Shown here piece after piece: positions 55,959 through 64,000 of a stretch of DNA of 64,000 nt (positions are counted from its first letter, which is position 1; every line of letters begins with the position of its first letter). The notes under the pieces were generated by a model. It did not search any database. It saw nothing but the letters and a program-made list of their open reading frames with translations, and was not told the DNA's origin. The position numbers were made by a program, and so were the translations under genes. This DNA comes from Paracoccaceae bacterium (GTDB taxonomy: Bacteria; Pseudomonadota; Alphaproteobacteria; Rhodobacterales; Rhodobacteraceae). The stretch covers positions 6,284 to 70,283 of the forward strand of contig JAAEZB010000004.1 of NCBI GenBank assembly GCA_018223085.1. The letters are read 5' to 3'.

Positions 55959-57146
55959 CTATTTAAGACCGGCTTCGGCTTCGATCTGCTTGCGCGATTT
56001 GCGGGCGCGTTCGGTGGCGGATTTGAGCTGACCACAGGCGGCCATGATATCGTCGCCGCGCGTCTTGCGGATCGGCGAGGCATAGCCCGCCTGATAGATG
56101 ATATTAGCGAATGCCCGGATGCGGTTGTTCGAAGACCGCTTATAGGGCGAGCCGGGCCATTCGTTGAACGGGATCAGGTTGATCTTGGCCGGGATCTTGT
56201 GACGCTTGATATGCTCAATGAGGCGATGCGCGTCTGCGTCCGTATCGTTCACCCCATCGAGCATCACGTATTCAAAGGTGATGCGCTCGGAATTCGACAC
56301 TTTCGGATAAGACGCCAGCGCCTCAAGAAGCGTCTCGATGTTCCAGCGCTTGTTGATCGGCACGAGGACGTCGCGGACTTCATCCGTCGTCGCATGGAAG
56401 GAAATCGCCAGAAGGCAGCCGATTTCCTCGGCCGTGCGGGCAATCTCGGGCACCACGCCGGAGGTCGAAAGGGTAATGCGACGACGCGACAGGGAAATCC
56501 CTTCGGGGTCCATGGCGATCTTCATCGCGTCGCGCACGTTCTCGAAATTATAGAGCGGCTCGCCCATGCCCATGAGCACGATATTGGACAAAAGCCGGGT
56601 TTCGTCCTTGCGCGTGCCGCGTTCGGGCCATTCGTCAAGGTCATCGCGTGCCATCATGATCTGGCCAACGATCTCGCCCGCTGTCAGGTTGCGGACGAGC
56701 TTTTGCGTGCCGGTGTGACAGAAAGAACAGGTCAGGGTGCAGCCCACCTGCGAGGAAATGCAGAGCGTGCCGCGGTCGTCTTCGGGGATATAGACCACCT
56801 CGACCTCGTGCCCGCCTGCGATACGCACAAGGTATTTGCGCGTGCCGTCGGTCGAGACCTGTTTGCTTACGACTTCCGGGATCTCGATGGTGAATTTTTC
56901 GTCGAGCATGGCGCGATAGGCTTTGGCGAGGTTGGTCATCTCAGCAAAGTCGCGCACACCCCATTGGTAAATCCATTGCCAGATTTGCCCGGTGCGCATC
57001 TTGGCCTGCTTCTCGGGCGTGCCTGCCTCGATCAGGGCGTCACGCATCTGGTCGCGGGTGAGGCCGACAAGGTTCATCTTGTCGCTCTCCGGCAATTTGC
57101 GCGGAATGGTCATTACGTCCTGCGTGACGGGGGCGCGGGTGGTCAT
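55959..57146 (-). CDS. rlmN: dual-specificity 23S rRNA/tRNA A2 methyltransferase (radical SAM)
   Basis: [39 protein letters not shown]. Confidence 0.98.
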   Translation of the reverse strand: MTTRAPVTQDVMTIPRKLPESDKMNLVGLTRDQMRDALIEAGTPEKQAKMRTGQIWQWIYQWGVRDFAEMTNLAKAYRAMLDEKFTIEIPEVVSKQVSTDGTRKYLVRIAGGHEVEVVYIPEDDRGTLCISSQVGCTLTCSFCHTGTQKLVRNLTAGEIVGQIMMARDDLDEWPERGTRKDETRLLSNIVLMGMGEPLYNFENVRDAMKIAMDPEGISLSRRRITLSTSGVVPEIARTAEEIGCLLAISFHATTDEVRDVLVPINKRWNIETLLEALASYPKVSNSERITFEYVMLDGVNDTDADAHRLIEHIKRHKIPAKINLIPFNEWPGSPYKRSSNNRIRAFANIIYQAGYASPIRKTRGDDIMAACGQLKSATERARKSRKQIEAEAGLK

Positions 57147-57230
57147 GGGTTTACTCGGTGTTCAGGAAATCAGGCGCGGTGCATACACCATTAACAGGCA
57201 ATTGCAAAGATTTCCAATTTTCCCGACGCT

Positions 57231-57878
57231 TCAGGCCCGGCTTTGCAGTGGCAACGCCGTGCCCGCCTCGGTCTCGCTTAGGCTGCGCCGTGTTGGTGCG
57301 CCGCGTCCGGCAAGGCGTTCGAGATCGGGAAAGAGCGAAAACATCGGGTCGCGCCCGACGCAGGTCAGCCCGGCAAGCGCCGCATCGGGGCGGCGGCTCT
57401 CGATCTGAAGACCGTCGGCGATAATGATTTCGGGCTGATCGAATAGCAGGAGCATATAGGTTGGCTCGGTCAGGTAGGTGGCCTGCGTGATGCCGCTCCA
57501 GCCCGCAAGGGCGGCGGCGGGGATAAGCACTTCATGGCTGGCAAAGAGGTCGCGAAACTCTGCACCTTTGAGCCAGATTTTCTGATCCGGGGCCATGTAA
57601 AGATCGCGCACCGGCAGGTTGCGGCCAAGCGCGTGGCGCGGAATTCGAATGGGGGCGGTGTCGCGGTTCTGCCGTGTATCGGCGGTGATCCGGCCTATCC
57701 AGCGCAGCGGCACAAGGCCCCGATCGCGCGAGACAACCCGATCGCCGGGGCGCAGGTCTTCGGCGGCAATTTCGCCGCGTTGCGTTGTAATGAGGCTTCC
57801 GCTCAATACGGCCTGAATCCCCGTCAGAGAGACGGAGTCCGAGTCCTGTTTGGCGGCGATGATCGCCGGGTCCTGCAC
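57231..57878 (-). CDS. stand-alone degenerate Hint domain protein
   Basis: IQ|AVLSGSLITTQRGEIAAEDLRPGDRVVSRDRGLVPLRWIG, APIRI, APDQ, YMLLLFDQPEII, IES; no Cys1 or block-B His. Confidence 0.82.
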   Translation of the reverse strand: MQDPAIIAAKQDSDSVSLTGIQAVLSGSLITTQRGEIAAEDLRPGDRVVSRDRGLVPLRWIGRITADTRQNRDTAPIRIPRHALGRNLPVRDLYMAPDQKIWLKGAEFRDLFASHEVLIPAAALAGWSGITQATYLTEPTYMLLLFDQPEIIIADGLQIESRRPDAALAGLTCVGRDPMFSLFPDLERLAGRGAPTRRSLSETEAGTALPLQSRA

Positions 57879-57982
57879 TGCTCTGCCCCCCTTGGCGGTT
57901 CGCCCGGCCTTGTGTTGGCCGATGTCCCCCGCGGTGGTTTGGGTTTGGCGCGCCCGTTTGGCCGGGCGTCGCGTGTTTTGGT

Positions 57983-58522
57983 TTACTTACAACGTTTCTC
58001 GGCGTCTTCGACCGATGCGGTAAAGCCGAGAAGCGAGAAGGAATCGACGGTCTTGGTCCCACGCGCAGAGCGCGCCGTCAGAACCGCCTTGGAGCCGCGC
58101 TTCATGGCGGTGACGATCTTGTTGTCCTCGGCGGTCGAGGCGGGCCAGGCCCATTCGCCCTCGGTAAAGAGCTCGAAGCTCGTGCCGTCAATGTCGAGGC
58201 CCACGGTCGAGCCCTTGGCGAAGGGATAGCCACCGGTAAAGCCGATCTGGCCTGCGACCTTCACACTTGGGCGGAAGACGACCATCAGAAGGATGTCCGA
58301 ACGCCGCACGGCGACGACGCGGCCTTCCTTGGTGTTGACGCTTTCCTTGGCAGTCGACACGGCCCAGCATTCCTTGGGCTCGTTTTCAACGAAAACGCTC
58401 CAGTCGGTGACGGCGTTGACCTGATTGTCGCTGCTTTGTTGTGCTGTGGCGATGCTGGCAGTCAGTGCGAATGCCGCTGCGATACCTGCCTTCATGCACG
58501 TTTTCACGATACGTGATCCCAT
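57983..58522 (-). CDS. invasion-associated locus B (IalB) family periplasmic protein
   Basis: Signal peptide; DWSVF...CW, AMKRG, DSFSLLGFTAS...C. Confidence 0.88.
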   Translation of the reverse strand: MGSRIVKTCMKAGIAAAFALTASIATAQQSSDNQVNAVTDWSVFVENEPKECWAVSTAKESVNTKEGRVVAVRRSDILLMVVFRPSVKVAGQIGFTGGYPFAKGSTVGLDIDGTSFELFTEGEWAWPASTAEDNKIVTAMKRGSKAVLTARSARGTKTVDSFSLLGFTASVEDAEKRCK

Positions 58523-58690
58523 AATTCACAGCCTCCAAGCTGTTCTTTGCCTCTTTAAGCCCCGCGATCCGAATTTGGCTCCGGTATTTGCTGCGGGATA
58601 TTTTCTTCTCGATCAACTCACATTAGCCTGATTTGGGCGGCAGGGAAAAGACCTGTCGGCACAAATTTGCCTGAGACAGAGGGGTTCGTC

Positions 58691-59695
58691 ATGGCAGGAG
58701 CAGTTCCTTTGGTGGAAATCTGGCGTGGTCCGTTCCTTGAGAGCGTCCATGCTGGTCATGCGGTGGTCTGTGATGACACCGGTCAGATTGTCGAGGCCTG
58801 GGGTGATCCCGAGGCGGTCGTGCTGCCGCGTTCGTCGTCAAAAATGTTGCAGGCGCTGCCCTTGGTCGAGAGCGGCGCAGCGGATGCGGCGGGGTTGAGC
58901 GTTGAGCAGCTGGCGCTGGCCTGTGCCTCGCATAACGGGGCGGAGATTCATTCAAAGCGCGTTACGGCGTGGCTCGCGGAGTTGGGATTCAGCGATGAGG
59001 ATTTCTGCTGTGGCCCACAAGAGCCGCGCGATATCGAGGCGAGAGACGAATTGATCCGTGAGGGCAAGCCGGTCTGTCGCTATCACAACAATTGTTCGGG
59101 CAAGCATTCGGGGTTTCTTACCCTGACCAAGCATCTCAAGGCCGGGCCGGAGTATGTCGCGCTCGATCACCCGGTGCAAAAGGCGGTCAAGGCGGCCTTT
59201 GAAGAGGTGACGCAGGAAGACAGCCCCGGTTATGGGGTGGATGGCTGCTCCGCGCCGAATTTCGCCAGCACCATGCACGGTATGGCGCGGGCCATGGCGT
59301 TTTTCGCCTCGGCCAATCCCGATGGCGACCGCCGGCAATCTGCGGCGGTGCGTCTGCGAGAGGCGATGGCGACCTATCCCGAGCTTGTCGCGGGTGAGGG
59401 GCGCGCCTGCACCGATCTGATGCGGGCGATGGATCACAAGGTTGCGGTCAAGACCGGGGCCGAAGGGTATTTCATCGCGATCATTCCGGAGAAAAAGCTC
59501 GGGCTGGCGGTTAAGATCGCCGATGGCGCGACGCGCGGGGCGGAATGTATCACGGCGGCGCTTTTGATCCGGTTGGGGGTTCTGGACCCGAACCACCCGT
59601 TGGCGCAGAAATATGTCAACGCACCGATCAAAAACTGGGACGGGTTGGTGACTGGACGGATGAATCCGGTAGAGGGGGTGCTCCCGCCCCTTTGA
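58691..59695 (+). CDS. L-asparaginase, Rhizobium etli type (class 3)
   Basis: ESVH, RSSSK, HNNCSGKH, DGC, KTGAEG motifs. Confidence 0.92.
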   Translation: MAGAVPLVEIWRGPFLESVHAGHAVVCDDTGQIVEAWGDPEAVVLPRSSSKMLQALPLVESGAADAAGLSVEQLALACASHNGAEIHSKRVTAWLAELGFSDEDFCCGPQEPRDIEARDELIREGKPVCRYHNNCSGKHSGFLTLTKHLKAGPEYVALDHPVQKAVKAAFEEVTQEDSPGYGVDGCSAPNFASTMHGMARAMAFFASANPDGDRRQSAAVRLREAMATYPELVAGEGRACTDLMRAMDHKVAVKTGAEGYFIAIIPEKKLGLAVKIADGATRGAECITAALLIRLGVLDPNHPLAQKYVNAPIKNWDGLVTGRMNPVEGVLPPL

Positions 59696-59732
59696 GACGC
59701 AGCAGAGCTGCGCCGTCAAAGCGTTGGGCGTG

Positions 59733-59782
59733 GCTGGGGGACCAGCCCCCCAGACCCCCCGGGATATTTGGGCAAGAGGAAG
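59733..59782. repeat. second copy of the hairpin + CCCCGGGATATTT..GGCAAGAGGAAG intergenic repeat
   Basis: GGGGG-accag-CCCCC hairpin then CCCCGGGATATTTGGGCAAGAGGAAG; near-identical to 45358-45384. Confidence 0.75.
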
Positions 59783-59788
59783 AAGGGG

Positions 59789-60664
59789 TCAGGCGGTGAA
59801 GTCTGTCTTCGCGTAGCCTTGGATATAGAGAAGCGCAGTTAGGTCGCCATGGTTGATGCGGATATCGCATTCGGCAGCGACAGAGGGTTTGGCGTGCAGG
59901 GCCACACCCGCCCCGGCGAGGCCGAGCATGCCGAGATCGTTGGCGCCGTCGCCTACGGCCATCACGTCGTCTTGCGTGAGGCCGAGGCGGGCGGTGATTT
60001 CCTTCAGCGCCTGCACCTTGGCCTCGCGGCCCAAGATCGGGCGACCCACATCGCCGGAGAGTTTGCCATCCTCGACGAGGAGGGTATTGGCGCGGTTTTC
60101 GTCAAAGCCGAGCGTGGCGGCGACGCGGGCGGTAAAGGCGGTGAAACCGCCCGAGACCAACGCGGCATAGGCGCCGTTGGCTTTCATCGTGGCGAGAAGG
60201 GATTTGCCGCCGGGCATCAGGGTGATGCGGGTATCAAGCACCTGTGTGATGACCGCCTCATCAAGACCCTTCAGAAGGCCGACCCGTTCGATCAGCGCGC
60301 CTTCGAAATCTAGCTCGCCGTTCATGGCGCGGGCGGTGATGTCCTTGACGTGATCGCCGACACCCGCCTCGTCGGCGAGTTCGTCGATGCATTCCTGCTG
60401 GATCATGGTCGAGTCCATGTCGGCGAGGAGCATCTTCTTGCGGCGTCCTTCGGCGGGGAGGATCACGAGATCGACGCCCATGCCCTGAAGATCGGCCCAG
60501 ACATCCCATTGATTCGACGGCATCGCCTCAAGGGAAAACTCTGCGGCCTCGTCGGGGGCGAGCCATGTGGCATCGCCGCCGCCCCACGCATTGCGCAGCG
60601 AGTCGACCAAGGCGGGGTCGAGCGACGGGTTGGTGGGCGAGGTGAGCAAAGTGGCGATGAACAT
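59789..60664 (-). CDS. serB: phosphoserine phosphatase
   Basis: DMDST HAD motif, ECIDELA, AMNGELDF, VSGGF, GDGANDL. Confidence 0.97.
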   Translation of the reverse strand: MFIATLLTSPTNPSLDPALVDSLRNAWGGGDATWLAPDEAAEFSLEAMPSNQWDVWADLQGMGVDLVILPAEGRRKKMLLADMDSTMIQQECIDELADEAGVGDHVKDITARAMNGELDFEGALIERVGLLKGLDEAVITQVLDTRITLMPGGKSLLATMKANGAYAALVSGGFTAFTARVAATLGFDENRANTLLVEDGKLSGDVGRPILGREAKVQALKEITARLGLTQDDVMAVGDGANDLGMLGLAGAGVALHAKPSVAAECDIRINHGDLTALLYIQGYAKTDFTA

Positions 60665-60850
60665 AGGGGAATCTCCCGAAAAGGCGTCTTTTGAGGCAAG
60701 TAGCAAAGGGTTGGCCGCAACGCCAGAGGCGGGACGGGGCAGAAAGGGAAGTTTCCGATAGGCGTCGAGGTGCGTCGTTTTTTACATCCGAAGAGTCGCC
60801 TTGTGTGCATTTTCCCTGTTGTGCGGATGCAGCAAAGGCCCTATCTGCGT

Positions 60851-60901
60851 CCGTGGGACACCCCTCCCCAACGAGGGGCGCTTATCTGGAAGGGTAGCTA
60901 C
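60851..60901 (+). ncRNA. serC leader cis-regulatory RNA
   Basis: ACACCCCTCCCCAACGAGGGGCGCTTATCTGGAAGGGTAG directly before the serC ATG; matches my recollection of the alphaproteobacterial serC leader in sequence and position. Confidence 0.75.
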
Positions 60902-62047
60902 ATGGCTATTGCAAAACCGGCATCGCGGCCGGCCAACCCGCGTTTTTCGTCTGGCCCCTGTGCCAAAATCCCCACCTTCTCGCTGGACAAGCTTGCCGAC
61001 GCAGCCCTCGGGCGCTCGCACCGTGCCGCTATTGGCAAGGCAAAGCTCAAGGATGCGATTGAAGGCACCCGTGAAATTCTGGGCATCCCGGCCGATTACA
61101 AGATCGGCATCGTGCCCGCGTCGGATACCGGCGCAGTCGAGATGGCGCTTTGGTCGCTGCTTGGCGAACGCAAGGCCGAGATGCTGGCCTGGGAAAGCTT
61201 TGGCTCTGGCTGGGTCACCGATGTTGTGAAACAGCTCAAGATCGACGCCGAAGTCAAAACCGCCGACTATGGCGAGATCGTTGATTGCGCGACGGTCGAT
61301 TTCAACAATGACGTGGTCTTTACCTGGAACGGGACGACCTCGGGCGTGCGTGTGCCCAATGGCGATGCGATCCCGGCAGACCGTGAAGGCCTGACCATCT
61401 GTGACGCGACCTCGGCCGCGTTTGCGATGGACCTGCCTTGGGACAAGCTCGATGTGACGACCTTCTCGTGGCAGAAAGTCATGGGTGGCGAAGCTGCGCA
61501 CGGGATGCTTATCCTTAGCCCGCGCGCCGTGGAACGCCTTGAGAGCTACACGCCCGCATGGCCGATGCCGAAGATTTTCCGCCTGACCAAAGGCGGCAAG
61601 CTTATCGACGGTATCTTTACCGGCGCGACGATCAACACGCCTTCGATGCTGGCGGTTGAGGATTACCTCGTGGCGCTCGATTGGGCTCGCGACGTTGGCG
61701 GTTTGCCCAAGCTCATTGAGCGCGCGACCACCAATGCCAAGGTGCTCTGGGACTTCTGTGATCGCAACGATTGGATCGAGAACCTTGCCGTAGATCCGGC
61801 GACGCGCTCGAACACCTCTGTTTGCCTCAAGTTCACCGATGAGCGCATCAAGGATGGCGCCGCCTTTGCCAAGGCCGTGGCCAAGAAGCTTGAAGACTAT
61901 AACGCCGCCTATGATGTCGGTGCCTATCGCGATGCCCCTGCGGGTCTGCGCGTGTGGTGCGGTGCGACCATCGAGTCGGCAGATGTTGAAAAGCTGACCC
62001 TGTGGCTCAAGTGGGCGTTCGAAGAAGTCCTCGAAGCGCAGGAATAA
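60902..62047 (+). CDS. serC: phosphoserine aminotransferase (alphaproteobacterial/Methanosarcina type)
   Basis: FSSGPC, GRSHR, SDTGA, NGTTSGV, DATSA, FSWQK, TINTPSM. Confidence 0.96.
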   Translation: MAIAKPASRPANPRFSSGPCAKIPTFSLDKLADAALGRSHRAAIGKAKLKDAIEGTREILGIPADYKIGIVPASDTGAVEMALWSLLGERKAEMLAWESFGSGWVTDVVKQLKIDAEVKTADYGEIVDCATVDFNNDVVFTWNGTTSGVRVPNGDAIPADREGLTICDATSAAFAMDLPWDKLDVTTFSWQKVMGGEAAHGMLILSPRAVERLESYTPAWPMPKIFRLTKGGKLIDGIFTGATINTPSMLAVEDYLVALDWARDVGGLPKLIERATTNAKVLWDFCDRNDWIENLAVDPATRSNTSVCLKFTDERIKDGAAFAKAVAKKLEDYNAAYDVGAYRDAPAGLRVWCGATIESADVEKLTLWLKWAFEEVLEAQE

Positions 62048-62057
62048 GCCCTTGAAT

Positions 62058-62112
62058 GGTGGGTCAAAGACCCACCCTACCCCAAATTTGTAGGGTGGGT
62101 TTTCAACCCACC
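62058..62112. repeat. inverted pair of GTAG-family REP sequences
   Basis: GGTGGGTCAAAGACCCACCCTAC (reverse copy), 9-bp spacer, GTAGGGTGGGTTTTCAACCCACC. Confidence 0.85.
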
Positions 62113-62139
62113 GCTCCTGATATGAAAAGGACCAAACCC

Positions 62140-63735
62140 ATGGCTCCCAAAGTTCTCGTATCCGACAAACTCTCGGAAACCGCCGTTCAGATTTTCCGCG
62201 ATCGCGGCATCGATGTTGATTTCATGCCCGACCTCGGCAAGGACAAAGACAAGCTCGCCGAGGTGATCGGCCAGTATGACGGCCTTGCTATCCGTTCGGC
62301 GACCAAAGTGACCCCGACGATCCTCGAAGCCGCCACCAACCTCAAAGTGGTTGGTCGCGCAGGTATCGGCACCGACAACGTCGACAAGGAAGCGGCGTCG
62401 AAAAAGGGTGTGATCGTCATGAACACCCCCTTCGGCAACATGATTACCACCGCCGAACACGCCATCGCGATGATGTTCGCCGTGGCACGTCAGATCCCCG
62501 AGGCTTCGGCCTCGACCCATGCGGGCAAGTGGGAAAAGTCGAAGTTCATGGGTGTTGAGCTTACCAACAAGACCCTTGGTGTCATCGGCGCGGGCAACAT
62601 TGGCGGTATCGTCTGTGACCGTGCGCGTGGCCTCAAGATGAAGGTCATCGCCTATGACCCCTTCCTGTCGGAAGAGAAGGCGGACACGATGGGCGTTGAG
62701 AAGGTTGAGCTTGAAGAGCTTCTGACCCGCGCGGATTTCATCACGCTGCACGTGCCGCTCACCGATGGCACCCGCAACATCCTTTCGAAGGAGAACCTCG
62801 CGAAGACCAAGAAAGGCGTGCGCATCATCAACTGTGCCCGTGGTGGTCTCGTGGACGAAGAGGCACTGGCCGAGCTGCTTAAGTCGGGCCATGTCGCAGG
62901 CGCGGCGTTTGACGTGTTCGCGGAAGAGCCGGCCAAGGAAAACGTGCTTTTCAACCTGCCCAACGTGGTCTGCACCCCGCACCTTGGCGCGGCGACCACC
63001 GAAGCACAGGAAAACGTTGCCCTTCAGGTCGCCGAGCAGATGTCGAACTACCTTCTGACCGGTGCCGTGGAAAACGCGCTCAACATGCCGAGCGTGACCG
63101 CGGAAGAAGCCAAGGTCATGGGCCCGTGGATCAAGCTTGCCGATCACCTTGGCGCGTTCAGCGGCCAGATGACCGACGAGCCGATCAAAGCGATCAACAT
63201 CCTTTATGATGGTGTTGTGTCGGAGATGAACCTCGCGGCGCTCAACTGTGCCGTGGTGGCGGGTATCATGAAGAAGTCCAACCCGGACGTGAACATGGTG
63301 TCGGCCCCGGTTGTTGCCAAAGAACGCGGCATCAAGATTTCGACCACCAATCAGGACAAGTCGGGCGCGTTTGACGGCTATATCAAAGTGACCGTTGTCA
63401 CCGAAAAACGCGAGCGTTCGGTTGCGGGCACCGTGTTCTCGGATGGCAAGCCGCGCTTCATCCAGATCAAGGGCATCAACATCGACGCCGAGGTTGGCGC
63501 GCACATGGTCTATACCACCAACGAAGACGTGCCGGGCATCATCGGCACCCTTGGTAAGACTTTGGGCGAGAACGGCGTCAACATCGCCAACTTTACCCTT
63601 GGCCGCGCCGATGTCGGCGGGGAGGCGATTGCGCTTCTCTATGTCGATGGTGAGGTCCCGGCGTCGACGCTTGGCAAGCTGACGGAAACCGGCCTGTTCC
63701 GTCAGGTGAAGGCGCTGTCTTTCGACGTTGCCTGA
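62140..63735 (+). CDS. serA: D-3-phosphoglycerate dehydrogenase (ASB + ACT domains)
   Basis: GRAGIGTDNVD, GAGNIG, NCARGGLVDE, TPHLGAAT, DVPGIIG. Confidence 0.97.
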   Translation: MAPKVLVSDKLSETAVQIFRDRGIDVDFMPDLGKDKDKLAEVIGQYDGLAIRSATKVTPTILEAATNLKVVGRAGIGTDNVDKEAASKKGVIVMNTPFGNMITTAEHAIAMMFAVARQIPEASASTHAGKWEKSKFMGVELTNKTLGVIGAGNIGGIVCDRARGLKMKVIAYDPFLSEEKADTMGVEKVELEELLTRADFITLHVPLTDGTRNILSKENLAKTKKGVRIINCARGGLVDEEALAELLKSGHVAGAAFDVFAEEPAKENVLFNLPNVVCTPHLGAATTEAQENVALQVAEQMSNYLLTGAVENALNMPSVTAEEAKVMGPWIKLADHLGAFSGQMTDEPIKAINILYDGVVSEMNLAALNCAVVAGIMKKSNPDVNMVSAPVVAKERGIKISTTNQDKSGAFDGYIKVTVVTEKRERSVAGTVFSDGKPRFIQIKGINIDAEVGAHMVYTTNEDVPGIIGTLGKTLGENGVNIANFTLGRADVGGEAIALLYVDGEVPASTLGKLTETGLFRQVKALSFDVA

Positions 63736-63755
63736 TCTGACAGATCACTGAAATC

Positions 63756-63791
63756 AAAGAGAGCCGCTCCTGTTTGGGGCGGCTCTTTTTT
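63756..63791. terminator. bidirectional rho-independent terminator after serA
   Basis: AAAGAGAGCCGCTCC-tgttt-GGGGCGGCTCTTTTTT. Confidence 0.85.
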
Positions 63792-63796
63792 GTGGG

Positions 63797-64000
63797 TCAG
63801 TATTTGATTGCTGTGCCCTTTGCATAGCGCGTGCCCCAGGAAATCAGGCTGACGCCGACATCCGAGATGGTGACGTTAATCACCGCGTCGGCCCCAAGGC
63901 TCGCGGCCTCTGCACGCAGGGCTTTTTGGGCCTGTTCGACGGTTGGGCTTGGGTGGAAGGCGGTGATTTTGTTCACGGCGACTTCGATGGGTTTGATCTC
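63797..64000 (-). CDS. 3' part of a YbjQ/heavy-metal-binding-fold protein (runs off the window)
   Basis: Hand translation EIKPIEVAVN...ALRAEAASLGADAVINV...AKGTAIKY-stop; GADAV and GTA motifs; absent from the ORF track. Confidence 0.7.
   Translation of the reverse strand, partial: EIKPIEVAVNKITAFHPSPTVEQAQKALRAEAASLGADAVINVTISDVGVSLISWGTRYAKGTAIKY

Noticed and set aside
55699-56031. 110-aa ORF, or its 73-aa internal version starting after GAGGAG
   Set aside because: It runs through a terminator and into the rlmN 3' end; a non-coding reading is preferred, though a short peptide is not excluded

Overview
GC-rich alphaproteobacterial chromosome segment; gene content and order point to Rhodobacteraceae (Roseobacter group). 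1-28.4 kb: near-complete flagellar gene cluster, from a 5'-truncated flgK to flgD, with CtrA-like boxes in its promoters. No chemotaxis genes, fliG, fliM or fliD are seen in the window. 28.4-41.3 kb: polyamine uptake and catabolism locus with a PuuB-like oxidase, potFGHI, a GntR/FCD regulator, a class III aminotransferase and a second PotABCD-like ABC transporter. 41.3-64 kb: housekeeping genes (MltB-like transglycosylase, rnr, dapE, dapD, LOG family, rlmN, ialB, class 3 asparaginase, serB/serC/serA) interrupted by accessory genes. The most interesting part is the 6.5-kb block between dapE and dapD. It encodes two paralogous acidic proteins without signal peptides that end in catalytically intact Hint (B-type BIL-like) domains, one catalytically degenerate Hint partner, and a prokaryotic ionotropic-glutamate-receptor-like channel with a non-canonical NGGFEE filter. 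A fourth, degenerate stand-alone Hint gene lies between ialB and rlmN. Non-coding signals include a five-hairpin flagellin leader, a candidate switchable leader before the first Hint gene, a lux-box-like palindrome, a serC leader RNA, a GTAG REP doublet and a nested palindromic repeat that supplies a gene's stop codon. No tRNA, rRNA, CRISPR array, integrase or transposase was recognised. All calls come from reading the sequence and recognising motifs; no database searches were run.
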